From positions 512,001-576,000 of the forward strand of contig CBDCXV010000009.1 in NCBI GenBank assembly GCA_965223905.1: 64,000 nt of DNA. The letters run 5' to 3'. The notes beneath the pieces were generated by a model. The model saw only the letters and a list, made by a program, of their open reading frames with translations, did not search any database and was not told the origin of the DNA. The translations under genes and the position numbers were made by a program. This DNA is from Candidatus Latescibacterota bacterium (GTDB lineage: Bacteria > Latescibacterota > UBA2968 > UBA8231). Position 1 is the first letter of the stretch. Every line of letters begins with the position of its first letter. Shown piece after piece: positions 52,176 to 62,373 of this stretch.

Positions 52176-54419
52176 TCAGCCGCTGACGGCCATTATTGCG
52201 GTGGTTTCCTGCTGCGTCCTGACGAGGTTGTAGAAGAACCCTTTGCGCTCCATCAACTCGGTGTGGGTGCCCATCTCGACTACCTTGCCGTCGTCGAGCA
52301 CCACCAGCCGGTCTGCGCTGCGCAGCGTCGACAGGCGGTGGGCAATGGCAAAGGTGGTGCGGCCCTCGACCAGGCGGGCGATCGCCTCCTGGATCTTCCC
52401 CTCGGTCTGCGAGTCGAGGGATGAGGTGGCTTCGTCGAGAATGAGGATGCGCGGATCGTGCAGGATGGCGCGCGCAATGGCGATGCGCTGCTTTTCGCCC
52501 CCGGAGAGCTTGTCCCCCTGCTCTCCGACCACCATGTCGTAGCCGTCCGGCTTGGCGATGATGAACTCGTGGGCGTTGGCGGCGCGCGAGGCCCGCAGTA
52601 TCTCGGCGAACGTCGCCCCCGGCTTGCCGTAACCGATGTTCTCGGCGATGGGGCCGTTGAACAGGAACGACTGCTGCGCCACCAGGCCGATCTGGCCTCG
52701 CAGGTCCTCGAGTTTCATGTCGCGAATATCGACGCCGTCGATCATCAGTGAGCCGCGGGTTCCGTCGTAAAAGCGGCAGATCATGTTGATGAGGGTGCTC
52801 TTGCCGGCTCCCGACTTTCCGACCAGGCCGATCATCTCACCCGGCTCGACGTCGAAATCGATGTTTTTCAGCACCCGCTTGCCGGCGTCGTACCCGAACG
52901 ACAGGCCGTCGAACCGGACGCGCCCTTTCAGCGACGGCATCGGTAGCGCGTCGGGATCGCCGAACGGCTCGGTGCGGGCGTCGATGACCTCGAAAATGCG
53001 CTCGGCGCCGGCGTAGGCGCGCATCATGAAGCCGTAGAAATCGCCGAACCACTTCAGCGGCTGGTAGAGCATCCATAGGTAGGTGATGAAGGCGATCAAC
53101 TCGCCCAGCGCCATCGTGCCTCCGAGAATCTGGCGGCCTCCGAAGTACCAGACGAAGAACACCCCGAAGCTCATGAAGAAGTTGGTGATCATGAAGAACA
53201 CCACCCAGACCCGTTCCGCGGAAACCGTGACGGCGCGCAAGTCGTCGTTGCGGCGGTCGAAGCGCTGGCCTTCGCGGCGCTCCTGCGCAAAAGCCTTGAC
53301 CACCCTGATGCCGCGAATCGACTCGTTCAGGTGGGAGGACAGGCGGCCCCACTGTGCCGACCAGCGCTGCCAGTACGACTCCATCCGTTTCCAGATCAGG
53401 CTGCTGCCGATGACGATCGGCGGAACCGGGAGCAGCACCCACAGGGTCAGCTCCCAGTTCTTGTAGAACAGGAGCCCGAGGATCCCGATCACCATGAGGG
53501 CGTTGTTGAGGATATAGGGGAGGTCGAACAGCAGGTATTCCTCGACGAGGTCCGCATCGTTCGACATTCGCGAGATCAGGGTGCCGACCTTGCGCTTGTC
53601 GTAAAACTTCAGCGGCAGGTATTGCAAAGCCCGGTAGAGATCGGCGCGCAGCTCCTCGATGGCGCGAAACCCGACCCAGGATCCGAGCCACCGGCGGGTC
53701 ACCCAGGTAACCCAGCCCATGATGTTGACGGCGAGCAGACCGGCTACCAGCCATCCCAGCAGACCCACGTTGGCTCTGGGGGTCAGGACGTCGTCGATGA
53801 TGCGCTCGGTGATCAGGGGAGGCAGGACGTCGAAAACCGCCTCGGCGACTAGTACGAGGAACAACAGGACCAGCCTGGTCTTGTAGACCATCATGTAGCG
53901 GATCAGCCGCCGCAGGGTCGCCAGCTTCTTCACGCACGCCGGACAGACGCCGTCCTTTTCCGGAAGCACGCGGCCGCAGCGCACGCAGCGGGTGCGTTCG
54001 ACCGTCGCCGGCAGGGTGACGGTCCTGCCTTCGACCAGCTGCTGAATCCCCTCGGCCACCTCGCCGAACCGGGTCGCCAGGGAGTTGGAGTAGTAGAGGC
54101 ATTCCGGCTCCCCCTCCTTGCGCTCCACCTCCAGGCGCCCGCCCCCCACCAGGGCTTCGGCGCGGGCGGTTCGAACCGCTTCCATCGGTATCTGCACGGC
54201 CCCGTCCCTGCCGTCCGCACCCAGGAAGACGACGCGCCTGTCGGTTACCACCAGCCAGCTTTCCTCGTACTGGTCGCGGCCCGACATGTCGGTTGCGACC
54301 TGGATGAGGACATGCTCCTCCGGGGAGGTGAATCTCCGCAGGTTGCGGTCGATCTCCTCTGGAAGGGTCTCGACGAATGGGTTGGCCGTCTTTGTCGTAG
54401 CGGTGGTCACGGCAGTCAA
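52176..54419 (-). CDS. ABC exporter (TMD+NBD) with N-terminal extension and Zn ribbon
   Basis: GKSGAGKS, LSGGEKQR, ILDEATSS; CVRC..CPAC. Confidence 0.9.
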   Translation of the reverse strand: MTAVTTATTKTANPFVETLPEEIDRNLRRFTSPEEHVLIQVATDMSGRDQYEESWLVVTDRRVVFLGADGRDGAVQIPMEAVRTARAEALVGGGRLEVERKEGEPECLYYSNSLATRFGEVAEGIQQLVEGRTVTLPATVERTRCVRCGRVLPEKDGVCPACVKKLATLRRLIRYMMVYKTRLVLLFLVLVAEAVFDVLPPLITERIIDDVLTPRANVGLLGWLVAGLLAVNIMGWVTWVTRRWLGSWVGFRAIEELRADLYRALQYLPLKFYDKRKVGTLISRMSNDADLVEEYLLFDLPYILNNALMVIGILGLLFYKNWELTLWVLLPVPPIVIGSSLIWKRMESYWQRWSAQWGRLSSHLNESIRGIRVVKAFAQERREGQRFDRRNDDLRAVTVSAERVWVVFFMITNFFMSFGVFFVWYFGGRQILGGTMALGELIAFITYLWMLYQPLKWFGDFYGFMMRAYAGAERIFEVIDARTEPFGDPDALPMPSLKGRVRFDGLSFGYDAGKRVLKNIDFDVEPGEMIGLVGKSGAGKSTLINMICRFYDGTRGSLMIDGVDIRDMKLEDLRGQIGLVAQQSFLFNGPIAENIGYGKPGATFAEILRASRAANAHEFIIAKPDGYDMVVGEQGDKLSGGEKQRIAIARAILHDPRILILDEATSSLDSQTEGKIQEAIARLVEGRTTFAIAHRLSTLRSADRLVVLDDGKVVEMGTHTELMERKGFFYNLVRTQQETTAIMAVSG

Positions 54420-56671
54420 ACGGGAAGGGCGATGATTTTCGAGGTCTCTTTCTGAAGTTCCACGAGGTCGCGGAAGGCACCTTTTTCCGCCATCAGTTCC
54501 CCGTGCGAGCCGATCTGGACGATGCGGCCGTCGTCGAGGACGATGAGGCGGTCGGCATTGCGCAACGTCGACAGTCTATGGGCGATGGCGAAGGTCGTTC
54601 TCCCCTCGACCATGCGCCCGAGCGCGTCCTGAATCTGCTTCTCCGTGTCGACGTCGACGGAGGAGGTCGCCTCGTCTAGGATGAGTATGCGCGGGTTGTG
54701 CAACATCGCCCGCGCTATGGCTACGCGCTGCTTTTCACCGCCCGAGAGGTTGTTGCCCTGCTCCCCGACCTGGGTTTCGTACCCGTCCGGTTTGGCCATG
54801 ATGAAGTTGTGGGCGTTGGCGAGCCGCGCGGCGTGCATGATCTCCTCGAAATTCGCGTCGGGGTTGCCGTAGCCGATGTTCTCCCCGATGGTGCCGCTGA
54901 ACAGCACAGGCTCCTGCAGAACGATGCCGATCTGCCGGCGCAGGTCGCGCAGGTTGATTTTGCGAATGTCGACACCGTCGACCTCGATGGCGCCGTGGTC
55001 GACGTCGTAGAAACGGGCGATGAGGTTGATCGTCGTAGTCTTGCCGACTCCCGACTTGCCCACCAGTCCGATCATCTCGCCCGGCTCGATGTCGGCGCTG
55101 ACTCCGTGGAGCACAGGCTTGCTCTTGTCGTAGCCGAAGGTCACCTCCTTGAAGGTCACGCGGCCCTCGATCTTCCTCATGCGCACCGCTTTCGGATCGT
55201 GGTACGACTCCGGTTCGGTGTCGATGACCTCGAATACCCGTTCCGCCCCGGCAAAGGCGCTCGTCATCCAGGAGTTGACCTGCCCGAACCATTCGAGCGG
55301 GCCGTAGACCATCCACATGAACGAGTAGAAGGCCAACAGGGTACCGAGCGTCATTTCGTTCGACAGCACCTGTTTGCCGCCGAAGAGCCATACGATCAGC
55401 ACCCCGAATCCGGTCAGGAAGGTGATCGTCGCGTGGAACACCGTGCGGTTGACGGCGGTCTTGATGCCGATTTCCGTCGCCCTGCGGTTGACCTTGTGGA
55501 AGCTCCTGCGCTCCCGCTCCTCCTGGGCGAACGCCTTGACGACGCGAATTCCGGCGAGGGTTTCCGCGGTGCGATCGGTGAGGGACGACCAGACCGCGCT
55601 GTACTGGGTGAAGAGCCGGCGCATGCGCTGCCAGAACGCCGCGCCCCACAGCAGCAACGGCGGCACCGGCAGAAGGGTATAGAGCGTAAGCTCCCAGCTC
55701 ATCCACAGAAGAAAACCGAGAATGCCGAGCATCATCATCGCATTGGTGACGAGGTACGGCAGTCCGTCCACGAGGAATTCCTGCAGCCGGCCCGAGTCGC
55801 GCGTCACCCGCGCCATCAGCGCACCGACACGGCGCTTGTCGTAGAACTGCAGCGACAGCATCTCGAGCCTGCGGTAGAGTTGGCTGCGGATGTCCGCTGT
55901 TGCCTGGGCGCCAAGCCAGGCTACGATCCAGCCGTGAACCCATTCGGCGGCCCAGCTGCCAATGCGGATTCCGACAAGGGCGAGCACGAGAATGCCGAGA
56001 AGGGCAAGGCGCTCGTCGACCGGGGCCGGATCGCCGTCGACAGGAACCAGCACCTCGTCGACGATGCGCTTGGCGATCAGGGGCGGGGCGAGCTCCGCCC
56101 CGGTCGTCACTACCGAAGCCAGGGTCAGGGCCGCGGCCCGGACCTTGTAGGGAGCCATGTAGGCGGCGATGCGCTTGGTCGTCGACCACTTTTTCACACA
56201 GGCCGGACAGAGGCCGTTCTTCTCGGGCAACAGGAGCCCGCACCGGGGGCAGCGGGTGCGCTCCAGCTCGGGGTTGATCAGGAACGGCTCCCCCTTGCGC
56301 AGCTGCTCGAGGCCCCGGGCCACCTCGGAAAACTTGGCCGCTTCGGTGCCGGTGTAGGGAACGACCACGGTGGGCTCGCCGAAGCGCTCGATTTCCAACC
56401 TCCCTCCCCCCACGAGCGGTTCGGTCTGCGCGGCGCGCATCCTCTCGACAGGTACGTCGATCGCGCTGCCCTCCGCGGGAAGGATGACGGCGCGGTGGTC
56501 GGTGATCACCACCCAGGTGTCGGCGTAGCCGCCGTCGGCGCCGATGTCGGCTCGCACTTGCACAAGGATCTGTTCGCCCGCGGGCAGGCAGGCGTCCAGC
56601 CTGGCAGCTGTGGACCGGTCTGCCTGCTCAATCAGAAGAGGGGTGTCGCTGTCGTTCAAGGTCGAAACCAT
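54416..56671 (-). CDS. ABC exporter (TMD+NBD) paralog with N-terminal extension and Zn ribbon
   Basis: GKSGVGKT, LSGGEKQR, ILDEATSS; CPRC..CPAC. Confidence 0.9.
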   Translation of the reverse strand: MVSTLNDSDTPLLIEQADRSTAARLDACLPAGEQILVQVRADIGADGGYADTWVVITDHRAVILPAEGSAIDVPVERMRAAQTEPLVGGGRLEIERFGEPTVVVPYTGTEAAKFSEVARGLEQLRKGEPFLINPELERTRCPRCGLLLPEKNGLCPACVKKWSTTKRIAAYMAPYKVRAAALTLASVVTTGAELAPPLIAKRIVDEVLVPVDGDPAPVDERLALLGILVLALVGIRIGSWAAEWVHGWIVAWLGAQATADIRSQLYRRLEMLSLQFYDKRRVGALMARVTRDSGRLQEFLVDGLPYLVTNAMMMLGILGFLLWMSWELTLYTLLPVPPLLLWGAAFWQRMRRLFTQYSAVWSSLTDRTAETLAGIRVVKAFAQEERERRSFHKVNRRATEIGIKTAVNRTVFHATITFLTGFGVLIVWLFGGKQVLSNEMTLGTLLAFYSFMWMVYGPLEWFGQVNSWMTSAFAGAERVFEVIDTEPESYHDPKAVRMRKIEGRVTFKEVTFGYDKSKPVLHGVSADIEPGEMIGLVGKSGVGKTTTINLIARFYDVDHGAIEVDGVDIRKINLRDLRRQIGIVLQEPVLFSGTIGENIGYGNPDANFEEIMHAARLANAHNFIMAKPDGYETQVGEQGNNLSGGEKQRVAIARAMLHNPRILILDEATSSVDVDTEKQIQDALGRMVEGRTTFAIAHRLSTLRNADRLIVLDDGRIVQIGSHGELMAEKGAFRDLVELQKETSKIIALPV

Positions 56672-56928
56672 CCGCGGAGAGATCGTTGCACCCTATTTAA
56701 TGTATAGGTTTCAGAGTGTCGTTGACGGTCCCGTGCGCCTTTGCGGAACAGCTGTCTGACATTGGCGCGCAGGTCGCCCCGGAAGCCGAGGTGACGGTCT
56801 GATTGGGGTGATCCGGTCAGGGACTGCCTCCGCCAGCGGGGCTGGCACGAGGCCGGCGATCCCCGATGGAGTAGGGGTCTGCTCTGCCACCGGGCAACAA
56901 GGTCTGACCGTAAATGGTCACCGGTAGT

Positions 56929-57111
56929 CTACTTGCCGGGACAGCTGGATTTTCTTCGCCGGCGCTGGCGGGCGAATGGGGTCTCGATGCCGTACTGGCG
57001 GCATAGACGACCGAAAGTACCGCCCGCGATACCGAGCGCTCTGCAGGCATCCTGGTTGCTCGCGTAAACACGGGCGGCTCTTTCGATCCACTCTCTGGGT
57101 ATTTTCTGCAT
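56929..57111 (-). CDS. Small HTH-like protein (60 aa)
   Basis: NQDACRALGIAGGTFGRLCRQYGI; GGAG RBS upstream. Confidence 0.55.
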   Translation of the reverse strand: MQKIPREWIERAARVYASNQDACRALGIAGGTFGRLCRQYGIETPFARQRRRRKSSCPGK

Positions 57112-57238
57112 CTCTTCTTCTCCAAAAATGCTGTTTTGTTGCAGTGCGACTGCTGCGTTGGTGCGTTGCAGATTTCGTGCCTGGCAAAAAAAACGGCTGC
57201 GATCTCTGAACCGATCCTTCCAGAGACCTGCAGCCGGC

Positions 57239-57271
57239 AAAAAAAAACCGTAGGGATGTGATCCCTACGGT
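57239..57271 (-). terminator. Rho-independent terminator
   Basis: Perfect 11-bp stem ACCGTAGGGAT/ATCCCTACGGT with a T run on the minus strand. Confidence 0.7.
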
Positions 57272-57949
57272 ATGAGAAGCGCTTCGTGTGTCTGCTTTCT
57301 CAACCTCCGGGATCCTCACCAGCTGCAGGGCTGGTTTCGAACTTGGAGACCATGGCGTTGTCGATCAGATGAACCCGATCAGTTCGCGGTATCACCGTAA
57401 CGGTTTGGCATTTTACAGGTCCGCCAAAGCCGGCCTTGGGATTTCGCTCCACTCTGGAGTGATCCGCGCTGACTTCCCGGCGCCCGGTCGGGAACCCCTT
57501 GCCCATCCAGTCGACTTTCATCACCGATCGACATCCGGGGAATCCGAACGCGTCCTGCACGGCAAGGCCGGGTGCCGCGGCCATCATCGGCGCCCGGGAT
57601 TTGGCGCACGCGAACCCGGACGTTTCCACCATCTCACATGTGGGCAACAGGAAAGCGCCCGCTCCGGACCGGTTACCCGGACCGAGCCGAGCCGCCGGGG
57701 CGAATTCGCCCTTCTTCTTCCTGCCGATGTGTGGAATCATCTCTTCATCCGGTTTCAGGTTGTCTGTTTCCATAGTGGCATTCTCAATGCTCCCTACCGT
57801 GCGCTCAAGGCGGTTAGTAACTCATTCCTCCCTGATCAATGTAAAACTTACCCGGTGGTTTTTTACAATGTCAAGTAGAAAAAGCGGATCCATGTTGAGA
57901 AGCGAGTGCGTTTTCAGTTCGGCTGTCGTCCTCTATATTCCGCTTTACC

Positions 57950-58804
57950 ATGACGCTTTCGCCACCTCTCGAGGACCAGTCTGGAATGTCGCAAGCCGAG
58001 TTGGAAAAGCAGCGCGGCGACGGGGCGCAGGACAGCCTCTCTCTTCACAACGAGAAGCTGGAGGATCTGCTGCGCGAAAACGACTTCGAATCGATGTCCG
58101 CCGAGTCGATCCTCACCTGGGTGAGCTCGGCGTTCTCACCCGGCCGCGCCGTACTGAGCACCAGCTTTCAGTACACGGGAGTGGCGATGATCCACATGCT
58201 GCGGCAGCTCGACCTGGAGATCCGTATCGCCACCGTCGACACCTTGCGGTTGCACCCTGAGACCTACGCCTACATCCGCGAGCTGGAGCAGCACTACGGC
58301 ATCGAGATCGAGGTGCAGCGGCCCGATCCGGAGCAGGTTCGCAGCATGGTGGATCGGTTCGGCGAGTACCTGTTCTTCGATTCGAAAGCGCGGCAGGAAT
58401 ACTGCTGTCAGGTGCGCAAGCTCAGGCCCCATGACGAGCTCCTGAAGACGGTCGATTGCTGGATATCCGGAGTGCGCCGCGACCAGTCAGCGGTTCGCGA
58501 AAGGAACACGCCGAAGGCGACGACGGTTGCCGAGTACGGCTCGCGGAGGCAGATCTTCAAGCTCAACCCGATGAGCGACTGGACCGAAGAACGCGTGCGC
58601 GAATACGTGGCGGAAAACCGGGTCCCCGTCCACCCGCTCTACGCGAAGGGGTACCGCAGCATCGGATGCATCATCTGCTCGACCCCGACGTTGCCGGGAG
58701 AGGATCAGCGCGCCGGGCGCTGGCGCTGGTTCAACGGCAACGAGACCATCGGCGAAGAGGAGTTGAAAGAATGCGGTCTGCACGTGCCGATGTACAACAT
58801 TTGA
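57950..58804 (+). CDS. cysH: Phosphoadenylyl-sulfate/APS reductase
   Basis: DTLRLHPETY, CCQVRK, SGVRRDQS, GYRSIGCIICS, RAGRW, ECGLH. Confidence 0.9.
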   Translation: MTLSPPLEDQSGMSQAELEKQRGDGAQDSLSLHNEKLEDLLRENDFESMSAESILTWVSSAFSPGRAVLSTSFQYTGVAMIHMLRQLDLEIRIATVDTLRLHPETYAYIRELEQHYGIEIEVQRPDPEQVRSMVDRFGEYLFFDSKARQEYCCQVRKLRPHDELLKTVDCWISGVRRDQSAVRERNTPKATTVAEYGSRRQIFKLNPMSDWTEERVREYVAENRVPVHPLYAKGYRSIGCIICSTPTLPGEDQRAGRWRWFNGNETIGEEELKECGLHVPMYNI

Positions 58805-58819
58805 CACCGGTCTCTCCCA

Positions 58820-60193
58820 TCATTCCGGGATGGCCGCAACCGCTTCCTTGAACTTCGCTCCCCGCTCAGCGTAACTCGCGAACATTCCGAAGCTCGCACA
58901 GGCCGGAGACAGAAGCACGACATCCCCGGCCACGGCACGCTGTTGCGCCATGGCCACCGCCTCGACGAGTCCCGGGCAGCCGGGCTCGATGTGTCCCGTA
59001 TAACCGCAAGCGCGGACGGCATCGCCGAGCCGTCGTTCCTCCTCACTCGCCAACAGAATCAACGCTTTCAGGCCGCGGTCTGCGATCTTCCTGGCCAGGC
59101 CGGTAAAATCAGCTCCTTTGGAGGATCCCCCGGCGATCAGCAGCATCGGTTGGTCGAGGGAAGCGATCGCCGCCAGGGTCGCCTCCGGAGTCGTTGCCAG
59201 GGAATCATTGTAGTAGGCGACGCCGTTGCGCGTGGCGACGTGCTCCAGGCGGTGCTCCAGGCCGGAAAAGGATCGCAGGCGCGGTGTCAGCCGGCCGGCG
59301 GGGGCGCCGACGGCTACCCCGGCCGCCGCGGCTGCAAGCGCGTTGGCGACATTGTGCCGTCCCAGGAGTTTCAGATCGGAAGCGTCGCAAAGGAGCGTCG
59401 CTTCGGCGTCGAACGGGCGAGCCCAAAGCTGCCCATCATCGAGGAAAGCACCGGCTTCGACCGGGCGATTGATGCTGAACTCCATGGGACGGGCCGGTGA
59501 ATCCAGCGCGAAGCGGGAGGCTGTTTCGCAGTCGGCATCGACGATGAGGGTGTCGGCGGCCGACTGGTACCGGCAGATGGATTTCTTTGCTTCCACGTAC
59601 TCGTCGCGGCCGGTGTGGTAGTCGAGGTGGTCGGGGGTCACGTTCAGCACGACCGACACAGGCGGGCTGCGGTCGAGATCCTGAAGTTGGAAGCTGGAGA
59701 GCTCCAGAATCACGAGGTCCGCCACGGAGACATCGTCTAGAAAATCCATTGGTGGTGTGCCTATGTTGCCCCCGAGCCAGACCTGTCCGTACGGGCCGTC
59801 GCGAAGTATCTCGAAGAGCAGGGAGCAGGTGGTTCCTTTCCCCTTGGTGCCGGTGATGCCGACGATTGGCGCCGGACAGCGCTCGAAAAACAGGCGCGTC
59901 TGGCTGTGGAGCGACGTTCCCGCTTGCCGTGCCCGCACCAGGGCCGGGTTGAGAGCGCTGATCCCGGGGGTGCGGAAGAGGAGGTCGAATTCGTCGAGCT
60001 TTTTCAGGTAGTCGGGACCGAGGTGCCAGCTCCGGGTGATGTGATGCCATTCCGCAGCTTCGGGTAGCTCGTCACCGGTCCTGGCGTCACAGACGGAGAA
60101 CTCGATCCCGCGACCCGCCAGGTAGCGGCCGACGCTGCGATTCTCCATGCCCAGTCCGAGAAGCGCGATCCGCTTCCCTTCAAGCTCTTTCAT
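58820..60193 (-). CDS. murD: UDP-N-acetylmuramoyl-L-alanine--D-glutamate ligase
   Basis: GITGTKGKGTT, ELSSFQL, DHLDYH, HRLE, NDS, LLSPACAS. Confidence 0.92.
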   Translation of the reverse strand: MKELEGKRIALLGLGMENRSVGRYLAGRGIEFSVCDARTGDELPEAAEWHHITRSWHLGPDYLKKLDEFDLLFRTPGISALNPALVRARQAGTSLHSQTRLFFERCPAPIVGITGTKGKGTTCSLLFEILRDGPYGQVWLGGNIGTPPMDFLDDVSVADLVILELSSFQLQDLDRSPPVSVVLNVTPDHLDYHTGRDEYVEAKKSICRYQSAADTLIVDADCETASRFALDSPARPMEFSINRPVEAGAFLDDGQLWARPFDAEATLLCDASDLKLLGRHNVANALAAAAAGVAVGAPAGRLTPRLRSFSGLEHRLEHVATRNGVAYYNDSLATTPEATLAAIASLDQPMLLIAGGSSKGADFTGLARKIADRGLKALILLASEEERRLGDAVRACGYTGHIEPGCPGLVEAVAMAQQRAVAGDVVLLSPACASFGMFASYAERGAKFKEAVAAIPE

Positions 60194-60408
60194 CTGTCAT
60201 CCCCGACAACGCACGCCGAAAGTGGAAGTGGCTCAAGGCCATCCGGGGGCAGCGTGGCTTTCATCTTGGCAGCTCTCGACCAAGAAGCCGTAAATCTTCT
60301 TTTGCCCGGGTTTGCGAAATCGGATATAATCACGCGCATTCGATGCAGGACAGCCTTCCCCGTCTCGGATTCCCACGTCCCACCGCGAAATCCCCCACTG
60401 CCCGACGC

Positions 60409-61362
60409 ATGAAATTGATCGTGCAGATCCCCTGCCTCAACGAAGAGGCGACCCTGCCGGCGACTATCGCCGACATTCCCCGGGAGATCGACGGCATAGA
60501 CGAGGTGGAGATTCTCGTCATCGACGACGGCTCCACCGACCGAACAGCCGAGGTTGCACGCGAGTGCGGGGCGGATCACATCGTGCAGTTTCCGAAAAAC
60601 CGCGGGCTGGGGCACGCTTTCAAGTCCGGTTTCGACAGCTGTCTGAAACTGGGAGCCGACATCATCATCAATACCGACGGCGACAACCAGTACTACGGCG
60701 GGGATGTCTGCGAGCTCGTACGGCCGATACTCACTGGCGACGCTGAAGTAGTCATCGGTGACCGGCGCACTATAGGCATCGCCCACTTCGGCTTCACAAA
60801 GCGCTGGCTGCAGAGGTTCGGCAGCCATGTGATCAGCCGTCTGGCACGCCTTCGCGTTCCAGACGTTGCCAGCGGTTTTCGCGCCTACAGCCGCGCTGCC
60901 GCACTGCAGCTGACGACATTCACCGATTTCGACCACACTGCGGAACACGTGGTCGAGTGGGGGCAAACCCGCATGCCGGTGGTCAGCGTGCCGATCCGGA
61001 CCAACCCCAAGGCGCGCGAATCCCGGCTGTTCTCCAATGTAGGCGAGTTCGTCATGAAGTCGGCGATGATCAGCCTGCGCACGTACGCGCGCTACAAGGC
61101 CCTGAAAATCTTCGCTGCATTCGGATTCGGTACCTTTTTCATCGGATTTCTTCTCGGACTGCGGTTCCTCTACTTCCTGCTGTTCACGGACGAGGGAACC
61201 CTGCATGTGCAGTCGCTGATTCTCTCCGCGGTGCTGCTGCTGGCCGGCTTTCAGATGTTTCTGACGGGTGTCGTCGCCGATCTCATCGCGACCAACAGGG
61301 CCATGCTCGAGGATGCGTTGACCCGAATCAAACGGCTGGAGTTGAAGAAGAAGCGGGAGTAA
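60409..61362 (+). CDS. Glycosyltransferase family 2
   Basis: IPCLNEE, DDGSTD, DGDNQY, SGFRAY, C-terminal TM helices. Confidence 0.88.
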   Translation: MKLIVQIPCLNEEATLPATIADIPREIDGIDEVEILVIDDGSTDRTAEVARECGADHIVQFPKNRGLGHAFKSGFDSCLKLGADIIINTDGDNQYYGGDVCELVRPILTGDAEVVIGDRRTIGIAHFGFTKRWLQRFGSHVISRLARLRVPDVASGFRAYSRAAALQLTTFTDFDHTAEHVVEWGQTRMPVVSVPIRTNPKARESRLFSNVGEFVMKSAMISLRTYARYKALKIFAAFGFGTFFIGFLLGLRFLYFLLFTDEGTLHVQSLILSAVLLLAGFQMFLTGVVADLIATNRAMLEDALTRIKRLELKKKRE

Positions 61363-62311
61363 GTATCCCGGGCGGGGCGGAGTAGACGGCCTTCCGGCTG
61401 CCGTCGCGGGGATGCGGGAAGCCGAGTTTCATGGCATGCAAGTGATACCCCCCGTCTCCCGGCAGGGGTGGACGCTTTCCGGCGCCCGGTTCCCTCGGCA
61501 AACCGCCGGGACCGAAGAATGTCTCCCCGACCAGCGGAAATCCAGCCGCGGCCATATGTATTCTGATCTGGTGCGGGCGGCCTGTCGGGATCGCCAATTC
61601 CACAAGAGCGGTTCGTTCCCCCCCCTCACGGCGGAGTTCCATTACGCGAACCTGCGTCAGCGACTCCTTGCCCTCCGCCCGGGCGGCAAAAACTTCCCCG
61701 AGCGGGGCGTACCGTACGGGCCCGATCGCCACGTCCACTGAAAACTCGTCTCGCGAAGGGTGGCCGCGTACCAGGGCACGGTAGGTTTTCTGGAGACGAC
61801 CAAGACGGAAATCGAGCGCCAGCTCTCTCTTTGACAAAGCGGTTCGAGCGAACAGAACCAGCCCCGACGTTCCACGTCCGATGCGGTGTACGGGTGCGAC
61901 TCCATCTCCGAACCGGGTTCGCAGCAACCAGAGCAAGGTGTTTTCGAGGAAATCGCCTCCTGGCATCACCTGCAATCCAGCCGGCTTCGAGACCACAACC
62001 AGATCCTCGTCTTCGCAAACCAGCGTGAAAGAGCGAGGAGAGGCGGGTTCCCGCCATGGCGGCCGGTGGTAGGACAACACTCGGCCCTTCTGCAGCTTCG
62101 CATCGCAATGGGTCCGGCGTTCATCGAGCCGAATCGCCCCCGATTCGATGCGGGCTCGCCATTGCGCGCGATTCGAGTGGGTGTATCGCCGGGTGTAGAA
62201 ATCGAGCACGGACCGGCCGGCTTCCGGGCCCGCTATGCGGTCGTGATACACCCATCCACGGTTGAGGTGACTGGTGCAGCTTTCGGGGGACGACGGTGTT
62301 TTTGTCATCAA
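61328..62311 (-). CDS. RluA-family pseudouridine synthase
   Basis: KPAGL, HRIGRGTSG, TGRPHQIRIH, LHA. Confidence 0.85.
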   Translation of the reverse strand: MMTKTPSSPESCTSHLNRGWVYHDRIAGPEAGRSVLDFYTRRYTHSNRAQWRARIESGAIRLDERRTHCDAKLQKGRVLSYHRPPWREPASPRSFTLVCEDEDLVVVSKPAGLQVMPGGDFLENTLLWLLRTRFGDGVAPVHRIGRGTSGLVLFARTALSKRELALDFRLGRLQKTYRALVRGHPSRDEFSVDVAIGPVRYAPLGEVFAARAEGKESLTQVRVMELRREGGERTALVELAIPTGRPHQIRIHMAAAGFPLVGETFFGPGGLPREPGAGKRPPLPGDGGYHLHAMKLGFPHPRDGSRKAVYSAPPGILTPASSSTPAV

Positions 62312-62320
62312 GTTGTCGAA

Positions 62321-62358
62321 ATCTTATAATTATTCGTTGTTGTAAATAATTATTACCA
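62321..62358 (+). promoter_or_regulatory. Possible tandem ARG boxes upstream of argC
   Basis: Two ATAATTAT palindromes 20 bp apart (62326 and 62346) in an AT-rich patch. Confidence 0.45.
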
Positions 62359-62373
62359 ACGGACTGATCGAAA

